A stretch of DNA of 64,000 bases from Octopus bimaculoides (taxonomy: Eukaryota), in the NCBI RefSeq assembly GCF_001194135.2, contig NC_068981.1, forward strand, positions 139,504,432 to 139,568,431. The letters are read 5' to 3'. This document shows positions 63,511 to 64,000 of this stretch, piece after piece. The translations under genes and the position numbers were made by a program. How positions within the stretch are numbered: position 1 is the stretch's first letter; every line of letters starts with the position of its first letter. A model generated the notes under the pieces. The model did no database searches. It had not been told where the DNA came from and was given only the letters and a program-made list of their open reading frames with translations.

Positions 63511-63692
63511 ATATATAAGTATATAAATCTATCTGTCTATCGATATTTATGCATCTCTGTTTCTTGTATGTAAAGTTATATAATGAAAAAACTATCAAAC
63601 ATTAATTTAAGGATGACTCAATGTATTTGACTATTGAATTATTTTATTTCTACAAGAGAAAAGTTCAGAGTTAGCATTCTCATTGTAAAAGT

Positions 63693-63724
<32 letters not shown>

Positions 63725-63728
63725 CACA

Positions 63729-63777
<49 letters not shown>

Positions 63778-64000
63778 TTGCATGTATATCTATGTATTCT
63801 TTGTTATATGCTCGCCTGTTTTTATTTTGCAAGAATGCAATTTTACTTTAGAATTCTAAAGTATGTTAATATATCCGAGAGCAACGAGAATGATGTCATA
63901 CGCTCAAATCGTAATTTCAAATGTGTTAAACTTTCGATCAACTATAAACTTTAGTTTACTGGAAGCTGTTAACATTTACGGTCGACCAAAGGACTGACAT

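Overview
AT-rich, microsatellite-dense eukaryotic draft-assembly window with six N-gaps. The repeat families look like those of Octopus (inferred from the tRNA-SINE repertoire, not proven). I could not recognise any host protein-coding gene; only a few weak orphan exon candidates exist, so the window is probably intergenic or a very large intron. It is a transposon graveyard: at least four tRNA-SINE families (labelled A-D here because I cannot assign the published OK/OR1/OR2 names with certainty), three R4/Dong-like RLE LINE remnants, a degenerate LINE ORF1 region, a probable Penelope-like RT remnant, a near-complete Chapaev3-like DNA transposon with two nested TSD-bounded insertions, three Tc1/mariner families (mariner, maT-like, rosa/DD41D-like), a piggyBac-like 5' end, and two long-TIR foldback elements carrying inward TTAGGG motifs. 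The main result of the hunt is that at least six loci from apparently unrelated repeat families fold into minimal type I hammerhead ribozyme (HHR) architectures, several inside inverted duplications. One has a canonical core (17486-17546, minus). Another is a TSD-bounded composite of tRNA-like head, (AAT)n and HHR tail (35923-37006). A strongly structured GC-rich island at 42.6-42.9 kb is unexplained. All folds and alignments were done by eye and need computational confirmation.
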